Below, in pieces: positions 59,215 to 64,000 of a stretch of DNA of 64,000 bases (position 1 is the stretch's first letter; every line of letters begins with the position of its first letter). The stretch is from the NCBI RefSeq assembly GCF_016433145.1, contig NC_058130.1:10049724-10113723 (forward strand), given 5' to 3'. The notes beneath the pieces are model-generated. The model was not told the DNA's origin. It did not search any database and worked only from the letters and a program-made list of their open reading frames with translations. The position numbers and the translations under genes were made by a program. The DNA is from Gracilinanus agilis (Eukaryota).

Positions 59215-61240
59215 ATTCCATTCTTACCAAAAAACTTTTTTACTGAATTAGAAAAAACTATTACAAAGTTTAGTTGGAAGAATAAAAGATCAAGAATATC
59301 AAGGGAAATAATGAAAAAAAAAAAAACGTGAAGGAAGGTGGCTTAGCAGTACCAGATATTAAGCTATACTATAAAGCAGCAGTCATCAAAACAATATGGT
59401 AGGGGGCAGCTGGGTAGCTCAGTGGATTGAGAGTCAGGCCTAGAGACAGGAGGTCCTGGGTTCAAATCCGGCCTCAGACACTTCCCAGCTGTGTGACCCT
59501 GGGCAAGTCACTTGACCCCCATTGCCTACCCTTACCACTCTTCTGTCTTGGAGCCAAGACATAGTATTGACTCCAAGATGAAAGGTGAGGGTTTTAAAAA
59601 AACAAACAAACAAAAAAACAAACAATATGGTTCTGGCTAAGAGATAGAAGGGAGTCATCAGTGGAATAGACTTGGGGTAAGTGACGTCAACAAAATAGTG
59701 TATGATAAACCCAAAGAGCCCAACTTCGGGGACAAAAATCCACTATTTGACAAAAACTGCTGGGAAAATTGGAAAACAATATGGGAGAAATTAGTTTTAG
59801 ATCAACATCTCACACCCTACACCAAGATAAATTCAGAATGACTGAAAGACTTGAATATAAAGAAGAAAACTGTAAGTAAATTAAGTGAACACAGAATAGT
59901 ATACTTGTCAGATCTCTGGGAAAGAAAAGATTTTAAAACCAAGCAAGAGTTAGAAAAAAGTACACACCCCATTGCCCACCCTTACCACTCTTCCACCTAA
60001 GAGCCAATATACAGAATTTAAGGGTTAAAAAAAAAGAAAAAGAAAAAAATTACAAAATGTAAAATAAATAATTTTGATTATTTTAAATTAAAAAGGTTTT
60101 GTACAAACAAAAACAATGCAACCAAAATCAAAAGGGAACAACAAACTGGGAAAAAAAAACTCTATAACAAAAAATTCTGACAAGGGTTTAATTACTCAAA
60201 TATACAAGGAGCTAAATCAATTGTATAAAAAAATCAAGCCATTCCCCAATTGATAAATGGGCAAGAGACATGAATAGGCAATTTTCAGATAAAGAAATCA
60301 AAAGTATCAATAAGCATATGAGAAAGTGTTCTAAATCTCTAATAATTAGAGAAATGCACCACCTCACACCTAGCAGATTGGCTAAAATGATAGAAGGGGA
60401 GAGTAATGAATGTTGGTGGGGATGTGGCAAAATTGGGACATTCATGCATTGATGGTGGAGTTGTGAACTGATCCAACCATCTGGATGGCAATTTGGAACT
60501 ATGCTCAAAGAGCATAAAAGAATGCCTGCTTTTTGATCCAGCCATAGTATTGCTGGGTTTGTACCCCAAAGAGATCATAGATAAACAGACGTGTAAAAAA
60601 ATATTTATAGCCGCGCTCTTTGTGGTGGCAAAAAACTGGAAAATGAAGGGATGCCCATCAATTGGGGAATGGCTGAACAAAGTGTGGTATATGCTGGTGA
60701 TGGAATACTATTGTGCTCAAAGGAATAATAAACTGGAGGAATTCCATGTGAACTGGAAAGACCTCCAGGAAGTGATGCAGAGTGAAAGGAGCAGAGCCAG
60801 AAGAACATTGTACACAGAGATGGATACACTGTGGTAAAATCGAATGTAATGGACTTCTGTACTACCAGCAATGCAACGATCCAGGACAATTCTGAGGGAT
60901 TTATGGAAAAGATGCTACCCACATTCAGAGGAAGAACTGCAGGAGAGGAAACAGAAGAAAACCACTGCTTGAATACATGGGTTGAGACGGACATGATTGG
61001 GGATGTAGACTGGAAAGGTCCACACCAAGGCAAATATCAATAATATGTAAATAAGTCTTGACTGGCCACACATGTTAAAACCAGTGGAAATGGGAGTTAG
61101 CTATGGGGGAGAGGGGTGGAGCTTGAGGGGGTGAAGGGGAAATTAAAAACATGAATCATGTAATCATGGAAAATTTTTCTAAAAATAAAAAATTAATTAA
61201 AAAAAAAGAATATTTTGAAAGGCTAAAAAAAAAAAAATAA
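59215..61240 (+). mobile_element. 5'-truncated marsupial L1 (ORF2 C-terminus, 3'UTR, A tail)
   Basis: LPKNFFTELEKTITKFSWKNKRSRISREIM; ORF 60493..60837 FDPAIVLLGLYPKEI...IAALFVVAKNWK...WLNKVWY...MEYY; frameshifted. Confidence 0.92.
59401..59619 (+). mobile_element. SINE1_Mdo-like SINE nested in L1
   Basis: TSD AAACAATATGGT at 59389..59400 and 59620..59631. Confidence 0.9.
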
Positions 61241-61964
61241 GTGATTCCATTTTTAAAGTTTCCAGTTTGTAATCAGTGAGAGGAAGCACAGCAGAGTGGA
61301 CAGAAGCTGCTTTCCCATTCTTTGGCCTCTTCCTGCTGCCCCCTAATTGGGGAATTCACTTAGCTTCTCATTTCTCCCAGCAACTCCATCAGTCTTTTGG
61401 CAGAGAAATCTTTTCAGTGGGAACTCTCTTACTCCACTGAAGTGACAGGTCTGGGTCCCCCATCCTTGGTTGTTGCTCAGTCAGGTCTGACTCTTCTTGA
61501 CTCTTATTTGGGGTTTTCTTGGCAAAGATAATGAACTGGTCTGCCATTTCCTTCTCTGGCTCATTTTACAAATGAGAAAACTGAGGCAGACGGGGGAAGT
61601 GACCTGCTCAGGATCACGAAACTAGTAAGTGTTTGAGGCCAGATTTGAATTCAGGTAGATTCATCTTCCTGACTCCAGACCTGGCTCTCTTTCTCCTGTG
61701 CCCCATGGCGCCCCCAACCTCCACCTGCCCTTCTTCCCAGTTGTGTTGTTCTGCCCCAGCTTAACTCAAAATGGTGTTTGTTAGGTTGACACAACGATTG
61801 GAAGAAAACCAAAGTTAGTTGGGCAAACCAAGCTATCCCTCTAGCTGAGCTGTTGAATGTTATAGGATTAAGAATAGCACCCATCTCCAAGGATCAAATG
61901 AAAACCTGTCTGTAAAGCCCTCAGCACAGAGCCTGCATGCTGTGTAGTACATACTATGTAAATG

Positions 61965-61965
<1 letters not shown>

Positions 61966-61995
<30 letters not shown>
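61966..61995. repeat. (TTA)n microsatellite
   Basis: About 10 units. Confidence 0.92.
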
Positions 61996-62000
<5 letters not shown>

Positions 62001-62431
62001 CAAGGGCCCTTCCCAACAGATGTGTGGCTGGTTTTTGTATATGCAAACTCAAAATAATCATAAAAAGTTCCCATCCCAGGGCTGTATTCCTTAGAGGCCT
62101 CTTTTGATTAAACAATTTGGAATTTCATCTTATTCTCTGAAGTGTGTCATGATGCTAATTACCTTATCATTTCATTAGTGAACACAGATGATTTAATTTC
62201 AGTAGGTTATCTTTCAAAGAATATACACTCTTTAATCTCTGATTTTCAGCCTCATTATGGTGAGGGGAATCTTATTCTAATGACTATTTCTGAGCCTTTT
62301 GTTGTTGTCTGGGATCCTCTTTTAGCAATCTTATTTGCTAGAATGGCTGTTGCCAGAGAAGTAGCTGCAAGGAAATGCTTAGCTAGGTTTTTTGCCCCAC
62401 ACCTGACTCACTAGTTTAAGAATAAATACTA

Positions 62432-62632
62432 AGGGAAACCAAGTGGCTCAGGGGTTAGAAATCTAGTCCTGGAGATGGGAAGTCCTGGATTTAAATCTGA
62501 CCTCAGACATTTCCTAGCTGTGTGACTCTGGGCAAGTCACTTAACCCTAACTGTCTAGCCCTTACCTCTCTTCTGACTTGGCACAAATACATACTATTGA
62601 TTCTAAGATCGAAAGTAAGAGTTTAAAAAATA
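62432..62632 (+). mobile_element. SINE1_Mdo-like SINE (older)
   Basis: Family-diagnostic body and tail. Confidence 0.75.
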
Positions 62633-62784
62633 AATGCTCCAAGTCTAAAACCATTATTGCTACACCAGAAAAACCCTTGAAAGAGCCAACATTTGAATGT
62701 CAACTATTGGGTTAACAGGATTTGTGAGACAAGGGTGAAAATGTAATGGAGGCTAGTGGGTGATTTGGCTTTAAGGAACAATGG

Positions 62785-63080
62785 CTTTATCCACATTCAG
62801 AGGAAGAACTGTGGAAGTAGAAACACAGAAGAAAAATAACTGCCTGATCACATGGGTGGATGGGGATATAATTAGGGATATTGACTCAAAGTAAACACCC
62901 TAATGCAAAAATCAATAATATGGAAATTGGTCTTGATCAATGATACATGTAAAACCTAGTGGAATTGTGTATGGACTATGGAAGGGAGTGGGAGGATGGG
63001 AGGGATAGAACATGAATCCTATAACCATGGAGAAATGTTATAAATTAATAAATTAAATAAAAAATTAAAAAATAAAAGAA
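62785..63080 (+). mobile_element. L1 3'UTR fragment
   Basis: CCACATTCAGAGGAAGAACTG... parallels 60919-61200. Confidence 0.8.
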
Positions 63081-64000
63081 ACAATGGTTTTATCGAAGAC
63101 ATCCATACAATCTCCTCCACACCCCTGTGCCACCCACCCTGTAATTAAGAGTTTTTACACCTAAGGCAAGGGGAATATGTATAGAAGAGGTAAATCTCAG
63201 AAGAGTGGAGCAATGGTACAGGGTGCAAAGGAAATATTTCCCAGTGATAGAGCTGTTGACACCTTCTACCACTGGGGCATATCAAGGCAAAGCCCATTGT
63301 TTCCTCTTTAATTATATAGTGATGTCTTTGCCCCCACCTTCACCTTAAATCAAGGGTTCTTAACTTGAGGTTCCTGAACTTGTTTTTTAAAAATTATTTT
63401 GATAAATGTATTTTGATATAATTGATTTATTCAATAATCTTAATTATTTTATATAAATATGATTATATTTATAATAAATAAATATAATGATATAATAATA
63501 ATATTTTTATGACTATAAGCACACCATTCTAAGAAAAAATCCATAGGCTTCATCAGACTTCCAAAGAACTCCATAACATGAAGTTAAGAACCTATGTCTT
63601 AGATGAATTCTAAAAAATGTAAGGTTCTGTCAACAAGACACATTAATCTCCTCAGCAGACCTCAGTAATCCTTTTGTTGTATTAAAATTTGATTTTTATG
63701 ATTTCATTTTTATTCTTAATTAATTAAATTTTAAGCTAATTTTATTTTAAATTTGTTTTAACATTTTCTTGGCTGTTTTCTATTTTGAAATCTTGTATCT
63801 TTTAAAAGACTCCCATGGGATACATTGGCCTTTTAATTTTTTTGTGTTAAAATGTACCCATTACCACCCATATTTTTTTTTTTACCACCAAAATTTTAAC
63901 ATAGTATTAGACATGGTAGCAATCGCAATGAGAAAAGAAAGAAACCAAAGGAATCTGCTGTAGAATCAGTGAGTGAATAAACATTAAACAGTTCCTTTGT

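Noticed and set aside
1-64000. CRISPR arrays, rRNA, prokaryotic operons or defence systems
   Set aside because: Vertebrate intron-exon DNA; the tandem repeats lack unique spacers and no such genes are present

Overview
This is eukaryotic DNA from a marsupial, most likely a didelphid opossum (Monodelphis-like). The call rests on many SINE1_Mdo-like SINEs with TSDs, marsupial-type L1 3' ends and a 238-nt N gap. The gene order matches human 3p21.1, (CHDH)-IL17RB-ACTR8-SELENOK-(CACNA2D3). I reconstructed three complete spliced genes by hand; every intron is GT..AG and in phase. (1) IL17RB, + strand, 11 exons, CDS 496..17805, 1455 nt, 484 aa. (2) ACTR8 (INO80 subunit Arp8), - strand, 13 exons, CDS 33433..21980, 1875 nt, 624 aa. 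(3) SELENOK, - strand, 5 exons, CDS 44054..37399, 282 nt, 93 aa. SELENOK has an in-frame UGA (Sec91) at 37686..37684 and a type II SECIS at 37293..37215. The last 19 kb holds no recognisable gene and is mostly LTR, L1, L2, CR1, SINE and hAT remains. Most ORFs in the supplied track are GC-rich shadows or TE remnants. The most interesting spot is the SELENOK 3' end: the last intron lies 5 nt after the Sec codon, retaining it gives the same Arg-stop, the spliced junction recreates a donor site, and a hairpin sits right after the stop. Also notable are the loss of the TRAF6 motif and C-tail in IL17RB, a steep GC3 gradient inside ACTR8, and a hAT end resembling the horizontally transferred OposCharlie1. 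Comparisons with human sequence are from memory and need database confirmation.
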